DNA of 48,583 nucleotides from a virus (IMGVR_UViG_3300017785_007713:1-48583), one strand, 5' to 3'. Counted from the stretch's first letter, positions 36,586-45,270 are shown. The notes: generated from the sequence alone by a model not told the origin. Translations and numbers: made by a program.

Positions 36586-36657
36586 TGCTTTGGGTGGGTA
36601 CTGCCCCCACATTCTTCACCTTAAAAGGGTGCTGCATTACTAGTCTGCCACCAAAGC
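36586..36657 (-). tRNA. tRNA-Lys(UUU) with non-canonical D and T loops
   Basis: GCTTTGG/CCAAAGC acceptor, CACC-CTTTTAA-GGTG anticodon arm, GTGGG-GGCAGTA-CCCAC T-arm. Confidence 0.75.
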
Positions 36658-36673
36658 TATGTTGTATGCGGTT

Positions 36674-36702
36674 ATTGTACCCTTAGTGTTCGCGCTTGTC
36701 AA
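36674..36702 (-). promoter_or_regulatory. Sigma70 promoter upstream of tRNA-Lys
   Basis: TTGACA-17 bp-TACAAT. Confidence 0.8.
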
Positions 36703-37043
36703 GGGATCACACCAAATTTTTTTAGAAGATCTTGATTGGTGTGCTCCGCGATATGACAATTGGCACACAACAATACGCACTTCTTGGCTTCCTCATACCT
36801 ATCAGCACGAAGAAGGTTCTTGGAATAGAGTGCATAACTCTTCGTTGATGGATCAACATGATGGAATTGCAGCGATGCTGGATTTCCAAAAAAGCCACAC
36901 TGAGTGCACTTGCCACCAAGAAGCTCAATAAGCTCCTTACGCGCCTCCCAGCGGCGTTTGGTCGTATCACACGATCCACAGACGGTGCAGCCCTTCTTGG
37001 CCTTCTGGGTGAACTCACGCTGACAATACTTGCATAGACACAT
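36699..37043 (-). CDS. Free-standing HNH endonuclease
   Basis: MCLCKYC...CTVCGSC...LGGKCTQCG...LQFHHVDP...KCVLLCANCH. Start at 37043 with a GGAAGG RBS, overlapping the end of the DenV-like gene. Confidence 0.85.
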   Translation of the reverse strand: MCLCKYCQREFTQKAKKGCTVCGSCDTTKRRWEARKELIELLGGKCTQCGFFGNPASLQFHHVDPSTKSYALYSKNLLRADRYEEAKKCVLLCANCHIAEHTNQDLLKKFGVIP

Positions 37044-37536
37044 TGTTAATTCCTTCCATGAACCACTCTGGGGGTTGAGTCTTCCACTTTGCAAATCCAG
37101 CCTTTTCTCCGATGTAGTAATTGCGATATGCTTGAACTGGATTAGAATTCTTATATTTATCAGGCATTGCCTGAGCAAACTCAGTCAATTCACCGATTGG
37201 AACATTGTGTGGAATCACCTTGGTGAACCAGACGCACATATCATGTGCCTTGTGAATCTTGCGAGGATATCGCAAAGAATATTCCCTGGACAAAGCAAGC
37301 GTATGATTTGCCAGCCAAAGATAATTTTCGGATGTTTTTCGTGCCCAGATGGTGCAAGGATGATTCTGAAAAGAAGCCTTGTACAGTTCCACTGGAGCAT
37401 AGATCACATGACTTGAACCCATTCGATGAATTGTAGAAAGCATTTGACAGCCTTCCACAATCATCTTGACCACGTGCTTATTACACAACTGCTGTGCTGC
37501 AATTTCAGGATCATAGTCTACCGCAAAGATGTTCAT
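37015..37536 (-). CDS. Pyrimidine-dimer DNA glycosylase family protein (DenV-like)
   Basis: MNIF..D.DP..AAQ..CNKHVVKMIVE.CQML, NHPCTIW, QAMPDKYK, AYRNYY..EK. Confidence 0.85.
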   Translation of the reverse strand: MNIFAVDYDPEIAAQQLCNKHVVKMIVEGCQMLSTIHRMGSSHVIYAPVELYKASFQNHPCTIWARKTSENYLWLANHTLALSREYSLRYPRKIHKAHDMCVWFTKVIPHNVPIGELTEFAQAMPDKYKNSNPVQAYRNYYIGEKAGFAKWKTQPPEWFMEGINNVSMQVLSA

Positions 37537-37542
37537 GCCATG

Positions 37543-37571
37543 ATTGTAACATCAGCCATCAGTGCTGTCAA
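37543..37571 (-). promoter_or_regulatory. Sigma70 promoter, probably giving a leaderless mRNA
   Basis: TTGACA-17 bp-TACAAT ending 6 nt upstream of the ATG at 37536. Confidence 0.75.
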
Positions 37572-37573
37572 AT

Positions 37574-38617
37574 TTATTTCTTATTATAGCGTGATCTTGC
37601 TGTTCTATACGCTCTAACATTACTCTTTGATCCAAATTCACGTTCCAACACAGATGCCTTCTTTCCTCTGGCACCTGAAATCACATCCTCTACTCCCTGC
37701 AACGCAGCATCGACATCACCAGCCTGTGCCTGCTTCATTCCTCGCTTAAATAATTTACCACTAGCAATTCTACCAGCCTTACTTTTCTTAACTTCAGGTG
37801 AAGTAGAAATCGCAAGTTTTTCTTCCTCACGACTCATTTTAGGTGTCTCAGATTCAATATTTTTAAGTCTGGCAGTTAGTCTTGCTTTTTCTTGTTTTGG
37901 ATCTCTTCTCATCTTTTCCGTGAGAAGTACCATGATATCTCTGAATGTTTTCGTTGATTCACCCATCTCTGTCCATTCACCATTTTGCTGCCTAAGAACT
38001 CTTGTAGTTTCTTCTGCTGCTGGTTTACTTGGAAGTGCTTTTCTGCGACCAGGGGTTGTTTGTCCTGTATGTGGTCTGGCATGATCTTTCAAATGGGCAG
38101 TATAATCTTGCATATATTGAAAATTTCTTATCTCTGACCAGGGAGTCTCTGCATTGATTGGAGGCATAGTTTCTTTTGGGACAGGTCTTCTTTTACTAGC
38201 AGCTGCCCATCTTGCCAATTCTGGATCTTGGCGAAATGCCTTGAATGCTGTATTGATATCAGCTGAGACAGTTGCTTGAGTAATTTCAAATGCATCTGCT
38301 ATTTCTTGTTGCGAATATCCATGTCTAGGATCACGGTTAAACCCCTTTACAAATTTCGATTTACGTTTTTTTGGTTTTGAGGTTTCCTCTGGAGTTTCTG
38401 ATGATTTTTCTATATCGTCTATAGGTTCTTCCATTGGTTCACTAGAGTCAGTCTTACCAAATTTAGCCATCATTCGTTTGAATTCGGGGGGAGATTCATA
38501 TGGCACATTTATATCTGCTCTAGGATCATTTTCACTAGATGCAGCAATTGCTTGTTCTCTGGCCTTGGCGTTACGCTGTTGTTGTTCGTCTCTTAAATGG
38601 GCTATAAGTGATTTCAT
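37574..38617 (-). CDS. Putative internal head protein with a sigma-region-4-like HTH
   Basis: Starts MKSLIAHLRDE; contains YSQQEIADAFEITQATVSADINTAFKAFR; TATAAATA late promoter upstream. Confidence 0.6.
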   Translation of the reverse strand: MKSLIAHLRDEQQQRNAKAREQAIAASSENDPRADINVPYESPPEFKRMMAKFGKTDSSEPMEEPIDDIEKSSETPEETSKPKKRKSKFVKGFNRDPRHGYSQQEIADAFEITQATVSADINTAFKAFRQDPELARWAAASKRRPVPKETMPPINAETPWSEIRNFQYMQDYTAHLKDHARPHTGQTTPGRRKALPSKPAAEETTRVLRQQNGEWTEMGESTKTFRDIMVLLTEKMRRDPKQEKARLTARLKNIESETPKMSREEEKLAISTSPEVKKSKAGRIASGKLFKRGMKQAQAGDVDAALQGVEDVISGARGKKASVLEREFGSKSNVRAYRTARSRYNKK

Positions 38618-38622
38618 AACAC

Positions 38623-38630
38623 TATTTATA
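38623..38630 (-). promoter_or_regulatory. T4-type late promoter
   Basis: TATAAATA 5 nt upstream of the start at 38617; gp33 is encoded in the window. Confidence 0.7.
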
Positions 38631-38661
38631 AAAAAAATGGGAGGCTCAGAGCCTTCCCATC
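38631..38661 (-). terminator. Intrinsic terminator
   Basis: ATGGGAAGGCT-CTG-AGCCTCCCAT followed by a T run on the minus strand. Confidence 0.7.
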
Positions 38662-38739
38662 GCTATCTTCGGAAGTCTTCCCTCAGAGTGCAGTTTTTGA
38701 ATTGTCTTCTTCTTTGCGAATTCTAGAATTTGTTGCTGA

Positions 38740-39132
38740 CTATTTCTTTTTATTCGGTCTTTTCGCTTGCGGTGCTTGCGCTTTACGTCGATCTGGGCTG
38801 CGTTTGGCATTATCTACTCCTTTTTGTTCACTTGTCTCTGGTTTCTTTCCACGAAGTTCATCTTCTGTATGAAAATACAGAACATTTGGGATATAAAACG
38901 ATTTCCAATCTCTTGACACCACATCAAATACTGGTAAAAGATTAGGATCCCCCTCACCACCAATTGATTTTGCTACACCATCGTAGTATTTTGCTGGAAT
39001 TTGCTTGGTATCAAGTGTGCAGACAAGTGACCTGAACCGACCATTTGTCTGCTTTCTAAATTGAACCTTGCAAAACCCCTTCGTTAGGTGTTCGACAAGA
39101 GATTCTCTGTTGATTTTTTCTCCGTGAATCAT
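38740..39132 (-). CDS. DUF2693/WYL_2-like SH3/Sm-fold protein
   Basis: L.KG.CKVQFRK..G.FRSL.CTL...VFDV...DWKSF pattern. Confidence 0.75.
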   Translation of the reverse strand: MIHGEKINRESLVEHLTKGFCKVQFRKQTNGRFRSLVCTLDTKQIPAKYYDGVAKSIGGEGDPNLLPVFDVVSRDWKSFYIPNVLYFHTEDELRGKKPETSEQKGVDNAKRSPDRRKAQAPQAKRPNKKK

Positions 39133-39173
39133 AGATTTCTGTATTTTAGCATATTTTTTACTAAAAACAACAT

Positions 39174-39368
39174 TTAATTTGATCTTTTATATGGTCTAAA
39201 TCCAAGATCTCTTGATTTTTCAAATTTATCACCATCGGTTCTTGGTTTTGGCTCAGATTTTTTTGGATTTTGTGGATTTTTTGGTGGAAGCCTCTTTGGT
39301 ATTCTCTGTGCAGGAGAAACTGGCTTGATTTTTTCAGTTTCAATCAAAAAATCTTTAAAATTTTTCAT
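39174..39368 (-). CDS. Small basic putative internal protein
   Basis: 64 aa starting MKNFKDFLIE. Confidence 0.65.
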   Translation of the reverse strand: MKNFKDFLIETEKIKPVSPAQRIPKRLPPKNPQNPKKSEPKPRTDGDKFEKSRDLGFRPYKRSN

Positions 39369-39522
39369 TTATTTTCTTTCCAAAATACAGTTTATTTAGC
39401 TTTTTTAGCATTTTTTTAGTTGACTTGTTGTTTTTTGGGAAAAAAGCAGGATCCGACACATCTCCAGCGTACTTGTATGGTAACTCAACCCACTCTTTGA
39501 ATGTTTTCAATGTTCTTTTCAT
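39355..39522 (-). CDS. Small basic putative internal protein (55 aa)
   Basis: Not in the track. MKRTLKTFKEWVELPYKYAG...KINEKF*; ATGA overlap with the upstream gene. Confidence 0.55.
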   Translation of the reverse strand: MKRTLKTFKEWVELPYKYAGDVSDPAFFPKNNKSTKKMLKKLNKLYFGKKINEKF

Positions 39523-39971
39523 GACATTCGCTGAATATTGAGTCTTGCTTTTGCTATTTTTCTTTGAAGTGTCTGAATTCTTTGTGGACTTGTCTCTGTA
39601 CTGAGAGCCATTTCATGCTTTCTAATCGTATCATGAAGTCCAACAACCCCCTTCAGTCTATTTCCAGCTGAAGAAAAGTCTTGTCCTTGAAATCCACGTG
39701 CCACTCTTCGGTCAACTTTTGCAATTGCAGCATTTCTGGCTGCTTCTATCTCTGGAAGTTCATGTGAAAGCTTTTCAATTTCATTTGCTTTTTCGGTTCT
39801 ATCTTGCTGTTGTCGATATAGATTCAAAAATCTACCAACTTTTGGTATTATTCCACTACTTCGTTCTTGTTCTCTTTCAAGATTTATTTTCTTTACAAAT
39901 TTCTTTGCGGCAGAAATCTTTGTCCTTCTGGAACGCAAAACACCCTCAAGTAACTGATCTAATGTTTTCAC
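39519..39971 (-). CDS. Basic putative internal protein
   Basis: 150 aa, GTG start, MKTLDQLLE. Confidence 0.65.
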   Translation of the reverse strand: MKTLDQLLEGVLRSRRTKISAAKKFVKKINLEREQERSSGIIPKVGRFLNLYRQQQDRTEKANEIEKLSHELPEIEAARNAAIAKVDRRVARGFQGQDFSSAGNRLKGVVGLHDTIRKHEMALSTETSPQRIQTLQRKIAKARLNIQRMS

Positions 39972-39973
39972 TG

Positions 39974-40585
39974 TTATTTTCCGATTATATTGCTTGAAAC
40001 TGTTCCAGATGATGCACTATTACTCCCAATACTGGATTGACCGTAATATTTTGGATTTAAATTAATTGGTTTTGGTTGCCATGGTTTTGATGAACTACCA
40101 ATTGCGCCAATATCTCTAAATTCTTTTTCTTCTCTTGGTAAAATTCCAGCATTTTCTCGCTCTTTTTCCCATTGTATCAATGAGTATCCAGGATTTTGTG
40201 GTCTTGGATTTTTTGCTTCCCATTCTATTGCTTTTCTTTCATTCTGTGGATTTGACCACCACTGTTTTCGTTCACCCTGCTGTTTTTCCCAGGCTTGTTT
40301 TTTGGAAGTAGAAGCTTCTGAGGCTAATCTTTCTCTTTCCGCATATACCTTTGCCTCGTCTGGATTTTTTGCTTCCCATTCTCGTCTGAGGCGTGAATTT
40401 TCTTCTTCAGCTTTTTTCTGCTGTTCTGGTGTGGTTCTTTGTCCCCCACCAAAAGATATTGATGAGCGACCAAGATTACTTTGACCAGACATGGGCATTT
40501 TCATTGCTTCATTGACAAGATTCATTTTTTTTGAAATTAAGTCTTGCAATTCCTTGAATGTTTGATTGTTTGGGTGGTCTAGCAT
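39974..40585 (-). CDS. Charged putative internal protein
   Basis: 203 aa; QTFKELQDL...LVNE; internal EWEAKNP repeat; TATAAATA at 40610-40617. Confidence 0.65.
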   Translation of the reverse strand: MLDHPNNQTFKELQDLISKKMNLVNEAMKMPMSGQSNLGRSSISFGGGQRTTPEQQKKAEEENSRLRREWEAKNPDEAKVYAERERLASEASTSKKQAWEKQQGERKQWWSNPQNERKAIEWEAKNPRPQNPGYSLIQWEKERENAGILPREEKEFRDIGAIGSSSKPWQPKPINLNPKYYGQSSIGSNSASSGTVSSNIIGK

Positions 40586-40625
40586 ATATTATTTTCCATC
40601 TTATAAAAATATTTATATTTTTCAC

Positions 40626-40653
40626 TTGACAGGTTTATTTTCGTTGATATAAT
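40626..40653 (+). promoter_or_regulatory. Consensus sigma70-type promoter firing antisense into 40690..41892
   Basis: TTGACA-16 bp-TATAAT with TGn upstream of the -10; no credible plus-strand ORF follows. Confidence 0.6.
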
Positions 40654-40689
40654 TCTTTTGTCTGAGAGAAAGGGATAATAAATTCTAAG

Positions 40690-41892
40690 TTAATTACTAG
40701 AAGCCTGGGCTATTTTGGCTTCAGTCCTTGCCAAAGATTGTTGCACTCTCTTTTGTCTCTTCTCACCTAGACGAGAAAGAACAATTGACTTTAGTCTATT
40801 CTGCTTGTCCTTCAATTCATCAATCGATGGACCAGATGCTTCAGAAGGTTCACCCACCATTCTATTTGGTCTTCGTGCGATGTTTCCACGTGATTCATTT
40901 TTCTCTGGAGTATATCCTCCAACTTTAATCAAATGATCTCTGACTCTTGTCAGTGCATAAATCGCTGTTTTTGGGCCAATATCACCTTGTGTGAGTGTAT
41001 GAATTAGTTCACCAGAAGATGATCGAATTTTTAGGTGCTTTCCTTTGGTTTCAATGTTTAAATGATTAGAATATTGCTCTAAGTGTCTTCTCAATCCATT
41101 AGTCGTCATTTGCAGGGGATTTACTCCTAGAATTCTTTTACCACCCGATTCATTCAACGATTTTTTGGAATTGCCAATCTTTTCAAGAAGAACGTTGAAT
41201 CTGCATGGTTCATAGGAATCACCTATTGTCCTCATGAGATTATACTGAGCCATTGGCATACTCTCTGGTTTTGGTCCAATTGCTGCCCTGATATCTGTCG
41301 ATGTTGGAACTGCTGCTTGTGGCTGTGGATCCCTGCTTCTTTTTCCACCAGTCTCGCCAATATATTTGTTTACTGTATTCAAATCACCAAGCGCAACTTG
41401 ATCCTGCTGTGGCACTGGTAGATTACTTTGACGAAGATGATCGTCTCTGTGTGTTTTACCTGTGTCAAATCCATTTAGTGATATTCCAAATGAATGGTTT
41501 TTTGGAAGACTTTCCAAGGCTGGTTTAAATGTCCTCAATGGTTCTATGAAATCATGTGGGTGTGCGTTGTTTGTATCACTCGATATTATTATACTATGTG
41601 TTTTGGAGCCATCTTCATGATGTGTTGTACTACGCCAGCTACGCATCCATCCAAGATCATTGAGTGCTTTATTCACGTGATATGATTCGGCCCTTTCGTT
41701 ATTTCTCATACGAGTGTATTCAGCATCATTGCCTACAGCGGCTTTGAATTCTTCGTGTGACATCCCAAATTTTTCTGGATTCTGTGCAGCAAAAACACCA
41801 TGATCCTCTGGTGGACCGAAATCTGGTTCTGGAATTGGGGCAATTGCTCCACTCTTATGCACCCAGGCTTTTCTTGGAATATTCATGTTCAA
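40690..41892 (-). CDS. Hypothetical protein, possibly with a C-terminal HicA-like domain
   Basis: 400 aa. Internal LLE/LNE sites, then LRRHLEQY...ETKGKHLKIRSSSGELIHTL..GD.GP. Confidence 0.6.
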   Translation of the reverse strand: MNMNIPRKAWVHKSGAIAPIPEPDFGPPEDHGVFAAQNPEKFGMSHEEFKAAVGNDAEYTRMRNNERAESYHVNKALNDLGWMRSWRSTTHHEDGSKTHSIIISSDTNNAHPHDFIEPLRTFKPALESLPKNHSFGISLNGFDTGKTHRDDHLRQSNLPVPQQDQVALGDLNTVNKYIGETGGKRSRDPQPQAAVPTSTDIRAAIGPKPESMPMAQYNLMRTIGDSYEPCRFNVLLEKIGNSKKSLNESGGKRILGVNPLQMTTNGLRRHLEQYSNHLNIETKGKHLKIRSSSGELIHTLTQGDIGPKTAIYALTRVRDHLIKVGGYTPEKNESRGNIARRPNRMVGEPSEASGPSIDELKDKQNRLKSIVLSRLGEKRQKRVQQSLARTEAKIAQASSN

Positions 41893-42380
41893 TACTCGGC
41901 TATTCCCCGTGAAAGTCTACCTCTTGCCATTCCTCTTGCCGCATCAGTGACTTGTATCAGTCCCTTGGAACTCATGATTTTGGCAACAGTTGGGCTTGCC
42001 ATGATCTTTGCCATCTTTGGTCCATAGATCCCAGCCTTTGCCGCATCTCCAGCATATGGAACCATACTGATACCATGAAGTGCTGCGTTCGTATAGTGTT
42101 CTTTTTTCTTCGCGGGATCGCCAGCAAATAATCCACGAACAAGTGATATTCCAGTGTTGATACCATCCATTGCTGGGGTTGGATCAGCAACGCCACCAAC
42201 GGCAAGAAGACCTTGACCAACATCAAGGGCAGTGTCTATGAATCCAGGAGACTCTGGTTGCTCTGGAGCCTCTTCTTCTTCAACCTCTTCTATTTCTTTT
42301 TTCTTTTTCTTTCCCTCTTCTTCACCCTCTTCGTATTCTTCGTCCATAGATTCAACGATAAATTGTTTGAATGATTTCAT
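41889..42380 (-). CDS. Putative internal protein with a pre-toxin-TG-like domain
   Basis: MKSFKQFIVE, an acidic linker, then LDVGQGLL...DGINTGISLV...YTNAALHGISMVPYAGDAAK. Confidence 0.65.
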   Translation of the reverse strand: MKSFKQFIVESMDEEYEEGEEEGKKKKKEIEEVEEEEAPEQPESPGFIDTALDVGQGLLAVGGVADPTPAMDGINTGISLVRGLFAGDPAKKKEHYTNAALHGISMVPYAGDAAKAGIYGPKMAKIMASPTVAKIMSSKGLIQVTDAARGMARGRLSRGIAEY

Positions 42381-42856
42381 TGTTTTTTCCTTGCTCTTAT
42401 ATTTTTTATCAAATCCCGTCTTTTCAGATATATTTTATGTGCTTCTTGACCAATCTCATGATCTGTCACACCTTCGTATGGCTTGGTTGCATCGTGAAGA
42501 TCTACTAATCCAGCACGAATCTCTTGACCAACCATCGCGTGGTCATAGTTATGTGTATAGATTTTATGAGCCTTTTCTCTCATAAGTTCATCCAATGACA
42601 TCACTTTAGGATCATCATCATTTCCAATTGGAACACCGAGTTGACCGTGAGTGGTATGCATGTTCACATCCTCCACATCGAACTCACCCTCGTTGGTTCT
42701 TCTTGCAAGTCTCATCTCGGCGCGGTCGAGCTTCTTCTGAGATACACCACGTTCATACATGGAGTCGATGCGATCCTCAAGCTTCTTGGTATCTCTTGCG
42801 TATCGCTTTTGTCCCTTTGGACGGGCTTCTGTCAAGTATTCGATAAAAGTTTTCAT
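42377..42856 (-). CDS. Putative internal protein
   Basis: 159 aa starting MKTFIEYLTE. Confidence 0.7.
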   Translation of the reverse strand: MKTFIEYLTEARPKGQKRYARDTKKLEDRIDSMYERGVSQKKLDRAEMRLARRTNEGEFDVEDVNMHTTHGQLGVPIGNDDDPKVMSLDELMREKAHKIYTHNYDHAMVGQEIRAGLVDLHDATKPYEGVTDHEIGQEAHKIYLKRRDLIKNIRARKKQ

Positions 42857-43455
42857 TGCTTAATTCCAAGCTTTCTCATTCTTCCACGATTTCTATTTAA
42901 ATGTGTAGCCAATATACCCCTGGTTTTTTCATTCGTGGATGGATCTTGAGCTCTTTTGATAATATTCTCAAAACTTGCTCTTTCTTTGTTCTTTCTTTCA
43001 GATGAAATCGAACGACCCAATGTTGCTTTTATATTTGCATCATAGTCAAAGTTTTGAAGCAATGGCTCGGTCACATGCCTATAGGAAAAGCTATCATCGG
43101 CTGTCTGTGAATTTATCGTGTGGAGAAGATTTCCAAAACCAGAGGCTGGGTTGTATCCAAGAGCCTTTGCGGATCTATAAATCCTACTACCAGTATTCTT
43201 ATCAACCAACTCTTTTTTCTTTTTCGATGCGGCTAGACTAGCGGCTTCAGCAGATCTCGTTGCTCCTTCTTCGTTCGCCTTCGTGTCTAAATTATCAGCA
43301 GCTAATGAAACTCTAATCAGTTTTTTATTCGCAGTGGCAAGAGGATTCGTGCCAAAATATTCTGTCATTTGGTTGCGAGACATCTGCCTAGCAGCTCTAT
43401 CCCTTTGCCTGCGCTTTTTCCACGATTCATGAAGGTATTCTTTGAATGATTTCAT
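42853..43455 (-). CDS. Putative internal protein
   Basis: Starts MKSFKEYLHE (ATG at 43455); GGAG upstream. Confidence 0.7.
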   Translation of the reverse strand: MKSFKEYLHESWKKRRQRDRAARQMSRNQMTEYFGTNPLATANKKLIRVSLAADNLDTKANEEGATRSAEAASLAASKKKKELVDKNTGSRIYRSAKALGYNPASGFGNLLHTINSQTADDSFSYRHVTEPLLQNFDYDANIKATLGRSISSERKNKERASFENIIKRAQDPSTNEKTRGILATHLNRNRGRMRKLGIKQ

Positions 43456-43461
43456 ATTCAA

Positions 43462-44289
43462 TTATTTAGGAGATTCTGGAAGAACAAGCAGGCGAGACTC
43501 GGTTCTATTTCCCATCTTGATCTGATCGTCAATCCTTTGTTGATCCTTGACTGCATCACGATATCGACCAGATGGAACCTTTGATTTATTTCCAGTCCTC
43601 TTCTTCGTCACGTCAAGGCTGTAGGCATCTGAGAAGTTCCTTGGGGTCACATGACCATATGACTTCCACGACAATACTCTTTCACCAAATTTCTCACCAG
43701 GATATCTTTCATTCGCACCCAGCTGGAGAACTCTATGGACTCGATTTCCAGTCTCATGTCCGTGGTTCACGGTCTTTCTCCACATCGATATTCCACCCTT
43801 TGACTGCATTCCTCCACTCATTATGCCAAATCCTGTTGCATTTGCAACAGAGTGCAATAAATTACGGGGAAGGTCAAATACACCCTTTTTCACATTTGTT
43901 CGAGTTTTTCCTGGAGTTCCAGAGAACATCCTAATGCTTCTGCCATCTGGTCCGTGGAAGAAATCAGCACGACCAGAACTCATGGAGTAGTGCATCAGCG
44001 AAGTCTTCTCATGGCCTGGTTTGCTGGAAAACACACGAACACTCATGTAATGAGGATCAGTCTCTTTCTCACCTGGCATATGGTCAATCATCGCATGAAA
44101 ATCATCATTCAACTGAACTCTCTTGGTAGTCTCCGTTGGAGCATAGTTGGCCCCGATGTCCTTGACCAATGAGGCCATGTCTGGAATCAATTTTTCTTTT
44201 CTGGACTTCTTGATGATCTCAGGATTCTCTGAATCATAACCACCCATAATGTCTTCTACAAGGTAACGAATAAAAGATTTCACGGTCAA
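43462..44289 (-). CDS. Putative internal protein, possibly GNAT-like
   Basis: (M/V)KSFIRYLVE start; IMSGGMQSKGGISMW motif. Confidence 0.55.
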   Translation of the reverse strand: MTVKSFIRYLVEDIMGGYDSENPEIIKKSRKEKLIPDMASLVKDIGANYAPTETTKRVQLNDDFHAMIDHMPGEKETDPHYMSVRVFSSKPGHEKTSLMHYSMSSGRADFFHGPDGRSIRMFSGTPGKTRTNVKKGVFDLPRNLLHSVANATGFGIMSGGMQSKGGISMWRKTVNHGHETGNRVHRVLQLGANERYPGEKFGERVLSWKSYGHVTPRNFSDAYSLDVTKKRTGNKSKVPSGRYRDAVKDQQRIDDQIKMGNRTESRLLVLPESPK

Positions 44290-44558
44290 TTTACTCCGAA
44301 TCCACGATCAAGCCGATCATTTTCCCTGGCTCTGGCTTCCTGCTCAGCTTTTCTTTTTCTTTCGGATCTCATTCGATCCAAGGGTTGTTCCTTTCCCTTT
44401 AGCTTCGTGGTTTCAACACCTGGCTTGGCCGATGTGCTAGGCTCCTTTATCACCCTGACACTCTCTATTTCATTGTAATCCCTATCGACTCTGCTCAGGA
44501 CATCCTGCTCCATCATCAAAGTTAAAAATCTCTGTTTAAAATATTCGACCAGTGTCAT
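44286..44558 (-). CDS. Small protein, paralog of 45274..45630
   Basis: MTLVEYFKQRFLTLMMEQ...VDRDYNEIE...GFG; GGGAG RBS. Confidence 0.7.
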   Translation of the reverse strand: MTLVEYFKQRFLTLMMEQDVLSRVDRDYNEIESVRVIKEPSTSAKPGVETTKLKGKEQPLDRMRSERKRKAEQEARARENDRLDRGFGVN

Positions 44559-44599
44559 TTTTTACTCCCTTTAATTATTTATTCAACAAGAAACCCCCA

Positions 44600-45235
44600 T
44601 CACTGGGGGTTCTCCTTGATTCCATAATGGTAATTGTCCGTGTCCTCTGTTATCCACTTCGGACATTGCTCCGATGTCCAGATTCGACTGTTCAATTTCC
44701 TCTGGATCACCATCTCACCAGACTTCACGGTAAACGAAGGATCATGGACAAGAATTCTATTATTTGGTTGAATGGCAAAGTTACCATTATCAAGACGAAT
44801 GACATGACCACACTTGTGCTGACCAGGAGCCTCCGAGAACCCCGTATCCAATGTGTTCGCGTGACCAGAGGCCCAGTCAAGAGTAAACATGTAGTCACCA
44901 AAGACCTTCTCTCCAGATCTTGATATGTAAGACATCTTTTTATTCTTCAGAACATCAAACACGGTGGCACAGGAATAATAGGAAAAGGAATCCCATAGGA
45001 CGAGTTCTGGGAGTTCCTGGGCCTTTGCATTCTTCTTCCAACAGAAGGCCGATATGGGCATTCTCCACCATATTCCACCATCCTCCATGAGAAAATGAAA
45101 GAGGGGAGTACGGGAGGGTATGCTAGACATTCCAAAGACAAGACATGGAAACTTCTTGTCAAACGAATCTTCCATATTTCTCAGATACTCTCCACGAACT
45201 ATGCATTCGATGGGGGGAATGTTTATGTTGAACAT
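44600..45235 (-). CDS. Conserved phage hypothetical protein
   Basis: NIPPIEC.VR.EYL...WWRMPISAF...LWDSFSY...YMFTLDW...HKCGH...GNFAIQPNNR; has its own promoter. Confidence 0.8.
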   Translation of the reverse strand: MFNINIPPIECIVRGEYLRNMEDSFDKKFPCLVFGMSSIPSRTPLFHFLMEDGGIWWRMPISAFCWKKNAKAQELPELVLWDSFSYYSCATVFDVLKNKKMSYISRSGEKVFGDYMFTLDWASGHANTLDTGFSEAPGQHKCGHVIRLDNGNFAIQPNNRILVHDPSFTVKSGEMVIQRKLNSRIWTSEQCPKWITEDTDNYHYGIKENPQ

Positions 45236-45241
45236 GTGTAG

Positions 45242-45270
45242 AGTATATCAGAGAAAAATAAAAAAATCAA
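45242..45270 (-). promoter_or_regulatory. Sigma70-type promoter, probably leaderless
   Basis: TTGATT-17 bp-TATACT with TGn; the ATG lies 6 nt downstream. Confidence 0.6.
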
